From Neophaeotheca triangularis (Eukaryota): 64,000 nt of DNA. Below are positions 1 to 11,327 of the stretch, one piece after another. The notes beneath the pieces were generated by a model. It saw only the letters and a program-made list of their open reading frames with translations, had not been told where the DNA came from and searched no databases. A program made the position numbers and the translations under genes. Location of the stretch: positions 1 through 64,000 of the forward strand of contig BAAIJX010000028.1 of assembly GCA_054600435.1 (NCBI GenBank), written 5' to 3'. Within the stretch, counting starts at the first letter, position 1. Each line of letters opens with the position of its first letter.

Positions 1-700
1 CCCCCAAAGCCACCCCCCGCCCCACTTTTCTTTTTTACCCCTTTTTCTCCCCCTTCCCCCCCCCCCTTTTTTCTCCACCCTTTTTCCCCTTTTTTCCCCT
101 TTTCTTGCCTGCCATAACTAAAACTCTCCCCCGACACCTGTGTGTTTCGTGAGTGAAGGGAAGCTTCTTGTTGTTGAGTTTGTTTCGTCTGATCGCTTCT
201 AGTCTCGTCTGATCGCTTCTCGTCCCGTCTCATTTCATCTCGTCTCCTCGTCTCTTCGCCTCGGCTCTTCGTCTCTTCGCCTCTTCGCCTCTTCGTCTCT
301 TCGTCTCTTCGTCTCTTATATCATCTTATCTCTTCTGCTCTCTTCTTGTTTCGGCTCTTCGTCTCTCCGTATCGTCCCATCTGCTTCCCACCCATGGACA
401 GGCTTTTGCAGAATCTTGCTCCCGGTCGTGGTTCCTTTCTTTACTCTTCTCCTCTTTTTTTTTTCTGTTTTTTTCTTCTTTTTTGTTTTTTCTCCTCTCT
501 GCTTTCTCCCTTTTGCAAGGCCTAGTTGAAATATATAGATGGATAAATGGGGTTTTGGTACTGCTCTTTGTACTCTAGTTTTTTTTGCCTTACCTTATTT
601 TGCCTTACCTTATAGTGCCTTACTCTCCCTTTTCTCGTCGCTTTGATTTTTTGATTTGCTTGGTTTGCTTGCTTGCATTTCCTGTTCTCATTCAGCGGAA
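1..700. repeat. Pyrimidine-rich low-complexity tract with short tandem repeats ((TCTTCGYC)n at ~240-320; duplicated GTCTGATCGCTTCT and TTTGCCTTACCTTA)
   Basis: Directly visible poly-C/T runs and 8-mer array; no credible ORF. Confidence 0.75.
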
Positions 701-1548
701 ATATACCCCCCTAAGTCGTTCTTAGACCCCTTAACTAGCCAATGTGAGCGGGGTTTTCCGCTGTGAATCAATCGATCGTTCACAACTATAATCACAGTCA
801 CCTACCAAACTCTCAATTCAAGTTCCCGACAATGATATTAATAAACGCTAGCATTTTCTATTATTGAGTTTTTTTTTTTGCTCTGTCATCGAGCTTGAAT
901 TAAATCAAAAGTTTTGAGCTTAGAGGTGTATGTAGATGTAGGTGAAAGTTCCAGGTCTTGTTGAGCTGTATCTTACGCTGAGGTGTAGTTATGTGGGTTG
1001 AGGGTATGGTAAAGGGATCGATTTTTTCTATTTTGGTCCCTTAACTTTTGGCCCGAGATCGTAGCTGAAGCTGTAGGTACGATATTTCGAGACTTGTGAG
1101 GTTGTAGTTTACGTAGAGGTTGGGTGGGTTGAGGATACGGTACGCTACCGTGACTATTTCTTTGTTGTTCTTGTTGGAGACGGTTTGCCCGAAACAACCT
1201 TTAGGGTGGTGCTAGCTAGCTGGCTGGCTGGGTGAGTGGGTGGTTTGCCGTGGGTCGGTCATTGTGAGTGAGTAGCCGTGGCTTTCTTGATGCTGTTCTC
1301 GTTACTCGGGGATCCTTCTCTTCACTTCTTGCCGTCGAGGGAGCTTAAAATGCCGCTAGCTAGCAGGTGGGACGGGAGGTTGGAAGTGGTCGGTTGTTTG
1401 CTCGAGTAGGATAGATTCCTGGGAACCCAAACGCCCCTCCCTTATTTTCTGTCAATTACCAAGGATTGTTATTCACGGGGGTTTAGGTCTTGCTTGTCTA
1501 CTTTGAGGGTTTTGAGTCTTTAGCTTCGGCGGGGCGTACACGTGGGTC

Positions 1549-1579
<31 letters not shown>

Positions 1580-2005
1580 TGTTGCTGTTGCTGTGGTTGA
1601 TGGTGGAGGTGAAGTTAGGGAAGCGTATTTGTATGTGAGTTTCAATGAGGGGGTGTCGGGGCCGTGTTTGACTAATCCGGCTGCTTGGGTTCGTCGCCGT
1701 CTGGGCTCTGATTTGTATTCTTGGTACTTTTGGACGTTTGATTCTTGGGACAAGATCTGTGTGTTGGAATCTAGGAACGACGATACGGTAGCGGGGTTTG
1801 GAGAGCTGTGCCCTTTCGCCGCTTTTACTGCTTCCAGCGTAGCCCAGAGGTGTGAACTATGCACGGGAAGAAAGAGAGATGTCGTGTCCTGGGTGTGCAA
1901 ACTTTCGAACGGGCGAGGATATGGTTGATTGTACACATCTTGATCTTTTTTACACGGGCCGGCGTCTACACGCGCGATTCCCTTTACCCCGTTCCCCCTT
2001 CATTT

Positions 2006-3016
2006 TCACCTCACAGGCTTAACCCCTTTATGCACAGCAGCAATCCCTTGGCTCAAATCCTCCCATCCCTTTCTCCTAGCTTCATCCCCCTCGCCTGGAA
2101 TCAAAAACCCCGCCTCCTTAATCATATCCCTCCAAACCGGCTGAGCCGGGAACCTTTCAATACTCTCGACCAAATACTGATAACTATCCCGATCTGCGGC
2201 AACAACTTGCCCAATCAACGGAATCGCGGCAAAACTCCAACGCTTGTAGACAGCATTGAAGAGCGGGTTATTGAGGTTAGGGCAAAATTCCAAGCAAGCG
2301 AAAACGCCACCGGGTTTGAGGACTCGATAGGCTTCTGCAAGCGCTTTCTCCTTGTGTGTGAAGTTGCGGATGCCGAAAGCTACCGTGTACAGGTCTATGC
2401 TGTTGGACTCGATGGTGTGTAAGTCTTCGGCGTTGGCTTCGAGGTAGGAGAGGCGGTTTGCGCGCGCGTAGGGGGTTGTGGAGAGCCTTTTTTTGCCTTC
2501 GCCCAGCATTTCCGCGTTGATGTCGCTGACAATGACGCTGGTGCGCGTGTCGTTGTTGACGTGAGTTGCATGGTCGAGCATTCGTAATGCGATGTCGCCT
2601 GTTCCGCCTGCGATGTCGAGGATTTTTTGGCCTGGATGGGCCTTTTCGGCGGCGTGTTGAACTCCTGGGTTGAGGGAGCGGACAAAATGGTCTTTCCACA
2701 GTCGGTGGATGCCCAGGGACATTAGGTCGTTCATTGTGTCGTAGCTGCTGGCTACTGAGCTGAAGACTTGGCCAACGCGGCTGGCTTTTAGGGCGGAGGG
2801 GAGGGTACTGAAGCCGAAATGAGTAGTTTCGTCGTTTGCATTTTGAGAGGGGCGGTCGGTAGGTTGGGGTTGTTTTTGTGGGGGTTGTTGGGGTTGGTCG
2901 AGTGTGCGTTGTGAAGAGGCAAAGGAGCGGCGGCAGGTTGTGCAAATCCAGGGGCGGGTTGTGGTGGAGGGCGAGAGGGCTATGCGCTTTGATGCGCGAG
3001 GAGCGACAATTGACAT
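2006..3016 (-). CDS. COQ5: Mitochondrial ubiquinone biosynthesis C-methyltransferase (UbiE/COQ5 family), intronless
   Basis: THFGF, VFSSVASSYDTMNDLMSLGIHRLWK, SAM motif ILDIAGGTGDIA, AFGIRN, YQYLVESIERFP; Arg/Ser-rich presequence from ATG 3016. In-frame upstream ATGs extend to 3139. Confidence 0.95.
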   Translation of the reverse strand: MSIVAPRASKRIALSPSTTTRPWICTTCRRSFASSQRTLDQPQQPPQKQPQPTDRPSQNANDETTHFGFSTLPSALKASRVGQVFSSVASSYDTMNDLMSLGIHRLWKDHFVRSLNPGVQHAAEKAHPGQKILDIAGGTGDIALRMLDHATHVNNDTRTSVIVSDINAEMLGEGKKRLSTTPYARANRLSYLEANAEDLHTIESNSIDLYTVAFGIRNFTHKEKALAEAYRVLKPGGVFACLEFCPNLNNPLFNAVYKRWSFAAIPLIGQVVAADRDSYQYLVESIERFPAQPVWRDMIKEAGFLIPGEGDEARRKGWEDLSQGIAAVHKGVKPVR

Positions 3017-3356
3017 GATGTTGGAGAGAGAGGGACGACGGGTGTATCGGAAGGGATGAGAGGACTGAACGGTTGCGTTTGTCGTTGGTGTTGATGTGTA
3101 CAGGTCTACAAATCTCGACGACATGACTTCGATATCCATATTCCAGACGTTCCCGGATAAGCTTTTGCGGTCCGGCTGGCGTGAATTGCCATCCGCAGAG
3201 CCGCATCTCTTCCCTTTCGTGGAGAGACGCGGGGATCATTAGACCGAGGCAGGCCGAGTGTAAGCGCTCACTTTACTGACTGACATTCCATCTTCTCCCT
3301 CTCTACCATTCGTCTTGTTTTTTACTCGACGACGTGTAATCATATCGCATATTTCA

Positions 3357-4798
3357 ATGGCTTCAAAACATCTTACTACGCCTATAAGGCAATCATTGAG
3401 ATCCCAGCATGCCCCGTCATGGCGACAAGGTGTTTGCATGCACTGTCAACGACGATGGCAATCCGTCTCTCAAAGACCGGGTTCTGATCGGTAGGAGTAT
3501 CAAAATCACCATCAAGTCACATGAATTCTGATATTTTGACACCCAGCGTACACTTCCCCGGAGCAGTCAACAGCACCTTCACCCCGAGTCTAGCATCGGC
3601 ACTGTCTAGACCCAGCGAAAAGGATGCCCTCTCCACATACCGCATCTTAGCCCAAGACGGCAGCATCATCGACCCCTCTCAATCACCCCCCGACATTTCC
3701 ACCGAAGAGCTCCTCAAAATGTACACCGACATGGTCACCGTCAGCATCATGGACGTCATCATGTTCGACGCCCAACGCCAAGGCCGCATCTCTTTCTACA
3801 TGGTCTCGGCAGGTGAAGAAGGCATCGCAGTCGGGTCCGCATCCGCTCTCCACCCCACCGACCCCATCTTCGCCCAGTACCGCGAAACCGGCATTTTCCA
3901 ACACCGCGGTTTCACTATGGCGGACTTCATGAACCAGCTCTTCGCCACCAAGCACGACCCAGGTCGCGGCCGCAACATGCCCGTCCACTACGGTAGCACC
4001 GACAAACACATCCACACCATCTCGTCCCCGCTCGCAACGCAAATCCCCCAAGCCTCGGGCGCCGCCTATGCGGTCAAAATGCACAACCAGTCCGCCCCAA
4101 CCTCGCCCCAACGCGTCGCAGCCTGTTATTTCGGCGAAGGCGCGGCTTCCGAAGGCGACTTCCACGCCGGCCTCAACATCGCCGCCACCCGAGCCTGCCC
4201 CATCGTCTTCATCTGCCGCAATAACGGATACGCCATTTCAACCCCAACTTTGGAACAATACCGCGGCGACGGCATCGCCTCTCGCGGCGTGGGCTACGGC
4301 ATCGACACCATCCGCGTCGACGGCAACGACATCCTCGCCGTCCGAGCCGCGACCGCGCGCGCGAGGGAGCTCGCTCTCAGCGACGGCGGCAAGCCCGTGC
4401 TGGTGGAAGCAATGTCCTACCGCGTCAGCCACCACAGCACGAGCGACGACAGTTTCGCTTACCGCGCGAAAATGGAAGTCGAGGACTGGAAACGACGGGA
4501 CAATCCCATCACGCGGTTGCGGAAGTATCTTGAGAATAAAAATTTGTGGTCCGAGGAGCAGGAGAAGGAGCTCAGGAGTTCGAAGCGCAAGGCTGTGCTG
4601 GAGGCTTACAGGGCCGCCGAGAAGGAGAAGAAGGGGCCCGTGAGGCACATGATGACGGATGTTTATGAGAAAGTTACCGAAGAGCAGAGGGCGCAGATGG
4701 GGGCGTTGGAGGATGTGGTGAGGAGGTATCCGGATGAGTATGATTTGGGGGAGTTCGAGGAGGGGGTTGAGGGGTTAAGGCTGAAGGAAGAGAGTTGA
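3357..4798 (+). CDS. 2-oxoisovalerate (branched-chain alpha-ketoacid) dehydrogenase E1 alpha subunit; exons 3357-3490, 3547-4798
   Basis: QRQGRISFYM, ISSPLATQIPQA, TPP motif GEGAASEGDFHAGLN, YRVSHHSTSDDS; a GTAGGA...CAG intron joins a presequence-like exon in frame. Confidence 0.95.
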
Positions 4799-5240
4799 GC
4801 ACTTGTGTTGGAAACGCGGTTGTGGGGGGTTTTTTTGGAGGGGCTTACCAATGATTAGATAAACGTTACAATACCATGCATGTGCTTCTTGAGTTTTGCT
4901 CTTGAATTTTAGTATCGTTTCTTGGGATGAACTTCCGACTCCGTCACGTGCCAGACTCCGCCATTGACGTATGCGCATCCCCAGCTCTTACCTATCGCGA
5001 GCTTCTTGCGCGATAAGCGAGCTAGCAACAGAACCAACACAAGCAAGCTGGCCAGAAGGGCCCTGCCTGTTCAACCCAAATATCTCCACCATCCATTCAA
5101 AAATTTCACCGCCGCGCGGTCATAGCAATTGCAGTCACCGCATAGCCCAGATAATCTAGTCAACACCTTAACAATCCAGTCGTTTTCATTATCAACCACC
5201 CAAACCCGCGCCCCATCAAACTCGTCCCAAAGTCGCCAAA

Positions 5241-5798
5241 ATGTCCGTAGCAAAGGACTCCCAGCAACCGCAACAAGTCTCCCACCGGGACGAAGACGAC
5301 GGCAGCGAAGTAGTTTCGCACAAAGAGCAGAGCGCGTCGGCTGGCGGTAGTGTACGCGTTCCCTTTCCTCTTTGGTCTACTTCTTTTTTTGAGACCGGGT
5401 GTTGGTTTTGGATCGCATCCCGTGCTTCCTTCCACCCGGCAGGGCGTATTATTTCTGAAAACAACGTTTTCTAAGATTTTTCGAGTTTGTGTTTAGGCCG
5501 GTATCAATCTCAACATCTTCGGCGCCGTCGCGGGAGCTTTTTCGGGCAAGTCGAGCAAGGAGACGCAGGAGGATGGGAGCGAGGTGAAACATAGTGAGAA
5601 GAAGGCTGGGGTTAGAGGTGAGTTGAGTTGGCGGAGTTCTTTCCCGGCTTTGCGTTCTGTGTCGAGCGGTCTTGGGTTCGTGTGCTTTTCGCTGACTCGG
5701 TTACTTGTGGCGGTTTAGGCGCAGGAGCCGGGAATATGGATGCCAAAGCCGCGGCGGGGGCGCAGAAGCATGCGAGCGAGGAGAGGAGGTTGGAGTAA
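5241..5798 (+). CDS. Small (103 aa) three-exon hypothetical protein; exons 5241-5351, 5497-5617, 5719-5798
   Basis: Donors GTACGC and GTGAGT, TAG acceptors, branch GCTGAC in intron 2; spliced frame is open (MSVAKDSQ...AGINLNIFGAVAGAFSGK...EERRLE*) and carries an internal repeat EDGSEV..H. Confidence 0.7.
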
Positions 5799-5873
5799 GC
5801 GGGTGGTCGGTTTGCGAGAGTGTTCGTAGCCTGGGATAGTTCCATGTCGCGGTCCAAAATTTAAAGCAGTCTC

Positions 5874-6659
5874 TCAACCGCCAGCCCCATCGATCTCCCG
5901 CGCATCCTCCATGACTGCACCATCCATAGCCTCCCACGCGCGTCTCTGCCTCTCGCTCCCTGCCGCCACGCCATCCCCCACGCTCACACCTCTCCCCACT
6001 TCCCTCGTCCCCAAAATCCCCTCCTCCAACCCCCCTTTCTCGCCCAACCCTCTCAAAACTCCCTGAACCCTCTCCCCAACCTCCCTAATCCCCTTAATCT
6101 CCTCCCTCAATCCCCTAACTCTCTCCTCCATGACCAAAACCAAACTCTCCCTGGCCTGATGGGGCCGATACCGGTTGATCAAATCGTGCACATTATACGC
6201 CAGCGTCTGTACATCCTGGACGGCGGTTTCCGCCTGTTCGGGATTTTGGGCTAGAGTGCCCACGAGAGCGAGGAAGGTAGTGAGCAGGGAGCGGGATAGG
6301 GTTAGGAGGTGCGGGGCGGGGTTTTGGAGGGCGGAAGGGGTTGAGGGGTGAAGTTGCTGGATTTGGCTGGATTCTAGCGTCGGTTGGGCGGCGTTGAGGT
6401 CGGTGGTGGTGTTGAAGACGCGGTATTTTTGGTCTGCTGGCGGTGGTGGGGGGAGGAGGGTGCGGAGTTCGGCTGGTAGGTTGGAGGTCTGGGGTTGAGT
6501 TGTTAAGGGGTCGGTGTTCGCTTCGTTGGAGGTCTCGAGTGAGGATTGCGATTCGCGTTGGATGGTGTGCAGGCGTTTGAGGTTGGTTTTGGTGAAGTTT
6601 TGGTAGTAGGGTGGGGGGGTTGGGAAGGCTGCGGTGAGCTGTTTTGTTTGGTCGGCCAT
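5874..6659 (-). CDS. MED7: Mediator of RNA polymerase II transcription subunit 7
   Basis: N-terminal FPTPPPYY and HDLINRYRPHQARESL signature. Confidence 0.93.
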   Translation of the reverse strand: MADQTKQLTAAFPTPPPYYQNFTKTNLKRLHTIQRESQSSLETSNEANTDPLTTQPQTSNLPAELRTLLPPPPPADQKYRVFNTTTDLNAAQPTLESSQIQQLHPSTPSALQNPAPHLLTLSRSLLTTFLALVGTLAQNPEQAETAVQDVQTLAYNVHDLINRYRPHQARESLVLVMEERVRGLREEIKGIREVGERVQGVLRGLGEKGGLEEGILGTREVGRGVSVGDGVAAGSERQRRAWEAMDGAVMEDAREIDGAGG

Positions 6660-7044
6660 GGTTGCGTCGGAGGGAGAGAGAGAGAGTAGTGGTAACGTTC
6701 ACCGTGGTTTGGACGGCATGAGCCTAGGTCGCCGCCGTTGGTATGTGAAGAGGTACGGCACGTGTTGGTAAAAGTGAAGCTCCAACAAACATATGTAAGG
6801 TAACTTAAGGCATCTCTTCCATCTCTTACGCGACCGGGATTAGGTCGGGCTTACCTCCGAGAATCCGGGGAAAGCTGCAGCAGGCCGCGTTCGGACCGCG
6901 ATGCGCCGACGTCGGATACTGGGAACACAAAGTAAGGCCGGGGTACTAGTAGCTCTCGTCGAACCGAGCACGCGCCTCGAGTCGGCGACACGAGACCCAT
7001 GTTCTCGTAGCTCATAACAAACCCGCCCATTGCATAACTGTACC

Positions 7045-8084
7045 ATGGCTTCCCCAGCCAAAGCAAAAGCCACGGCGAGCAACCAAAGCAACGCCGCCAT
7101 GGACTCTTTCCAACGCTTCTGGCGCAAGACGCCCTACGCCGGCGACTATCTTGGCCTAGCCATCCTACTGATCGTCTACACCATCATCCAAATCATAGAT
7201 ATCGAGCCTTTCCACCGCCTCTTTCGCCTTGACGATCCACGAATCCAGTTCCCGCACGCCGAAAACGAAAGAGTGCCCGTTTGTATGTCCCTCCCTAAAC
7301 CCCCAAACTAACCGCTAACAACCGCACACTACTAACTGCAACCCACCCTGTCCCAGATTTCCTCTTCCTCTACACAGCCATCCTCCCCCTCATCCTCCTA
7401 ACCCTCTGGACCCTAATCTTCCGCCCCCCTTACCACAAAGCCCACGTCACCCTCCTAAACTTCTGCACCACCCTCCTGCTCACCACTCTCCTAACCGACA
7501 TTTTCAAAAACGCCATTGGCCGCCCCCGCCCGGACCTCCTCGCCCGCTGCCAACCTGATCCCACGACCCCTCGCGACGAACTCGTCGACTGGCAAGTCTG
7601 CACCGAGACCCGGCATCACCTTCTCCACGACGGCTGGCGTAGTTTCCCCAGCGGGCACTCGAGCGTAGCTTTCGCCGGGTTGGGGTACGTAGCCTTGTTC
7701 TCGGCTTCGCAACTGGGAGCTATGAGGCCAAGAGCGGGGTTAGTGATGGCATTGGTGTGTTTGGTCCCGCTGGTCGGGGCGGCCTTGATTGCGATTAGCA
7801 GGTTGGAGGATTACAGGCATGATGTCTTTGATGTTATTGCTGGGAGCTCGCTGGGGTTTACGGTCGCCATCGCGAATTGGAGTAGATGGTGGCCTTCGCT
7901 TTTCGCGCTGGGGAGTGAGGAGCCTTGGTCGGTTACTGGGGAAGGGGGCAGGATGGGGAGTGGGAGGGTTAGCCCTAGTGGTGGGTTCCAAAGGGTCAGG
8001 GATGAAGAGGAGGGGGCGTTTTTAGGGAGGGATGAGGATGGTGAGGAGGTTTTCGGTGGGAGTGGAAGTAGTAGACGGTTGTAG
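7045..8084 (+). CDS. PAP2-family lipid phosphate phosphatase (DPP1/LPP1-like); exons 7045-7282, 7357-8084
   Basis: Motifs KNAIGRPRP, SFPSGH and SRLEDYRHDVFD with multiple TM segments; GTATGT...CTAAC...CAG intron. Confidence 0.92.
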
Positions 8085-9087
8085 TGGTCTGAAGATTGGA
8101 TATAATTTCGTTCCAACTGGTAAACTCTTTTTGCATGGGTTTCGCAATGCTAGGCCAGTCGTTCGGATTTGGGAGGCAAACTCGCTGCATTGCGCAAGTC
8201 GCGGAAGAGCTGATCTTGCTGCGGTAGATCCCTAACTTTCGACTTGGCTGTGAACAGTAAGTGGCTTGAGTGTCGAAGAACCTGAAGCTAACTCTTGGTG
8301 ATGACCAGCAGTTTCAGAATGATCCAACAATTTCGGATGCCTCGACTGCCTCACAGGCTCATCAGCCGGTAAAATCTGGTAGTTTTCGGCAAGGACAAAG
8401 CATGCAGACCGGCCAGAGACCGCCTTGCTGCTAAGGGGACAAGTGATGAACTGGCTAGGCTGTAGAATCACAAGCAAGCGCCCGTTCTCGAAACTAGCGG
8501 GGCGGTCAAAGATTGCCTGAGTGGCAAGAAGACTCGAATTGATGTATCTTTGCTTTTGCGAGACTTGTCTTGAAGCCGGAAGACTACCAAAAGGTACAAG
8601 TTCTCCAACATGACCCATCTGGCCCTAATGTGATCTATGGCGACACTGGTGATTTTGACGTCGATGAGGGGAGAATAGAAGACAGATTTTGGTGCAAGGG
8701 CGGTTGGGCGCTGCGCCTTCGATGGAGGTTGGGTACGGGCATGCAACTCGGTCTGCGGTACATGTGGAGCATGAGATCCAGGGAGCGATGTGCAAAATAA
8801 TGATTGCCAACGCAAGTCAAGAGATATACAGGCGTTGTCAAGAAGTGGTGGACACCTGACCACCTACAACCTTGGTTTGCTTTAGGTTGAGGTACTACTA
8901 TTACGTGGCTGGGAGTTCAGCGAGGAACAGCGCTCGCGGCAAGCCGCAGCGAAGGCAGAGCCAGCTTCTAGCCAGCTTCTCACCTCACTTCAACCTTCCG
9001 TCCACGACTTTCTTCTTCCCTTTCACCTCCAATTCCCAACCACAGCCTACAGGACTCTCACCGTGACACCGTTATCACGGCCTGAAG

Positions 9088-9805
9088 ATGGCTTTGCACG
9101 TACGCGACGTTCATGTGCCCGCCGTTCGCGTCGAGATCCAGAAGGATATCACCAACAGCCGCTACTCAGTTGACACAGGCATATCTGGTCTGCGTCAACA
9201 TCTGCGAGCCAATGTCGCGCGCTACGGCTTGAGTCCAGCGATTTCCAACAATCAGCTGGCCCGCATCGCAAAGGCGGCATTTGGGCTGGTAAGTCACTGA
9301 GCCTGCACGCAAAATTTTCCTAGAGACTTGTACTAACTATTCACTGCGTGAGAAGCAGGATAACCCTTTCCATTTTGAGCCAGCAGCAACTCAGTTCACC
9401 GACTCTGGACACACTCAGCCTCCAGGAAGCGCCTCCAATCACCCTTCCAGCGCCGCCTATGCACCCGCCTCCCCTGCCGCTTCCTACTGTAGCTCTGCCA
9501 AGGAGAACGTCAAGCAAGAAGTCGAAGAATCCGTAGTCAAGGAGGCCTACCTTGGAACCGGTGATCGTAAACGCGCAACTCACTCCCCTACTTCTACGAG
9601 ACTTTCGCGGTCGGGCTTCGGTTTCTATCTGGTCAAGGCTGACAGGCGTGACCACCGCGGCAACAGATCAGGGCTGCATCTTGCCTGCAAGGGTTTCATC
9701 CGCAAGCCGCAAGATAGGGTGAGGGCAGAGCGCGCTGCTCGCCGCAGACGACTTCTCGACGATGTACCGTCATCTTTCCGCCGCTCAGTGGGAAGTCAAA
9801 GGTAG
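9088..9805 (+). CDS. Orphan two-exon hypothetical protein (~215 aa); exons 9088-9288, 9359-9805
   Basis: Consensus GTAAGT donor, TACTAAC branch and CAG acceptor join two open frames in phase 0; no recognisable domain. Confidence 0.5.
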
Positions 9806-11327
9806 AAAGCCTGTTTAGGGTTTAGCTTGAGTCGCTTGTGGAAGTTTTGCTAGGGGCAGATTGTCGCTAACGAATTCTTGTCTAGCAGTAGCTAGAGGGT
9901 GGACTGAACTAGCTTAACAAAACCTTTTTGTCTTTCCCGATGCCGCCGTCCACTCCCTGTTGTCTTTTGCAAACATGTATGTTAGCATCTTCTTCGCTGA
10001 GAATGCTTCTTCCTCGCTGGTATTTCCTCGCTAACGTCACAACCTCGCCTGCGTGCCGCCAACTCCATCTTCATCGCCGAGTCGTGTGTGTAGGAAAATT
10101 CCTCGTACTTCCGCGGTGACTTTCCGCTTGGAGCTTCGGAACCAACACGCTCCTCTTCCTCAAGCGCTTCTGCTTCATCCTCCCATCGCGAACTGATGGC
10201 GCCACTAGACCCCGGATCAGCGAGCTCCTCGGGTAGGCATCGAGGCTTGTGTAAACCTCTGAAGGGATGAGTGAACATCGAAGTCCAGGACGACGACGCA
10301 ACACTTGGTTGTGCTGAGGGGGTCAGGTGTCTTTTGAAAGTCGGGTGCATCTGTGCCAATTAGCAACGAGTGACAATCGATACCAATGGAGGCGGAAAGC
10401 TCAAACGGTCATTCAGGGGTCACTGTTCTTAGCGATGTAATTTCTGAATGGGATGGTTGAGACCGCTACAGGTTAACGATAGGCTCCTCTCTCGGCCTTT
10501 CCAGATGGACAGGCTGAGACTGCGCACGCCCTTGTAGATATTTTCTCCCAATTTGGGCGCTGGATCAAGCGTTGAAGCTTTTTGTTTATTTGACAAGCTC
10601 ATAAGTATATGTCAGTGGAAGATTGTGATCGAAGTGAGAGCGACGTAAACATGTCATGCGAGACGGAGTGATCGGGTCTCATGCTGGTACTGGTGAAAGA
10701 GGGCATGTGGATGATACAGCTCGCGAGTCTAAGCATCACTCACGGGATTGTATGAACGACGTGGTGAAGTTAAAGTGGTAAACAGGGCAATCGTCTCAAA
10801 AAAATTATTCATTCATTGCTCGTCCAAAAGTTTTCTATATAAAGGCCTCCCAGTATCACCCGGCCGCTTCAGGAAGAGGTTCGCACATAGGCGTTCACTC
10901 CCCGTCCGCTAAACCCTGACTGCTGGCTCCAAACACTCTCACTCCACACTCACGGACGGATGGCCTTGATCTAGTCCCAGTGTATAGCGCGCTATCGTCA
11001 GACCCACCTCCAGAGCCGTGCTGAGCTATCGCCTCGCTTACAGCTCCTTCTTTGGTGAAGCCTCGACCGCGGCTTGCTCGCTGCCGCTCAGCGCAAATCG
11101 ACGTAAGCGTTTCCTCAGGCTAGAGGTGTGGTTATAAGCCGGACACCTGCCCTCACGCGCGTTCGAAAATGGCTGGCGGCTAGACGTAGCTGCTACAGGG
11201 GTCCTCACCGACTCGGGCTAGAGTGATGTGTAGCCTATAAGACAATACACGCTCTGCCGTCCTCATCGGGATTCAAGCCGGTAGCGACTCTACGCCACGA
11301 GCCCCTTCCTTCACTTCCTCCCATGGC

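Noticed and set aside
973..1936. ORFs downstream of COQ5 with a GCT/GTT triplet repeat
   Set aside because: No recognisable domain or consistent splice model; likely repeat-driven
9982..10359. Possible exon (acceptor GCTAAT...CAG, acidic ORF)
   Set aside because: Could not link it to a start codon or upstream exon
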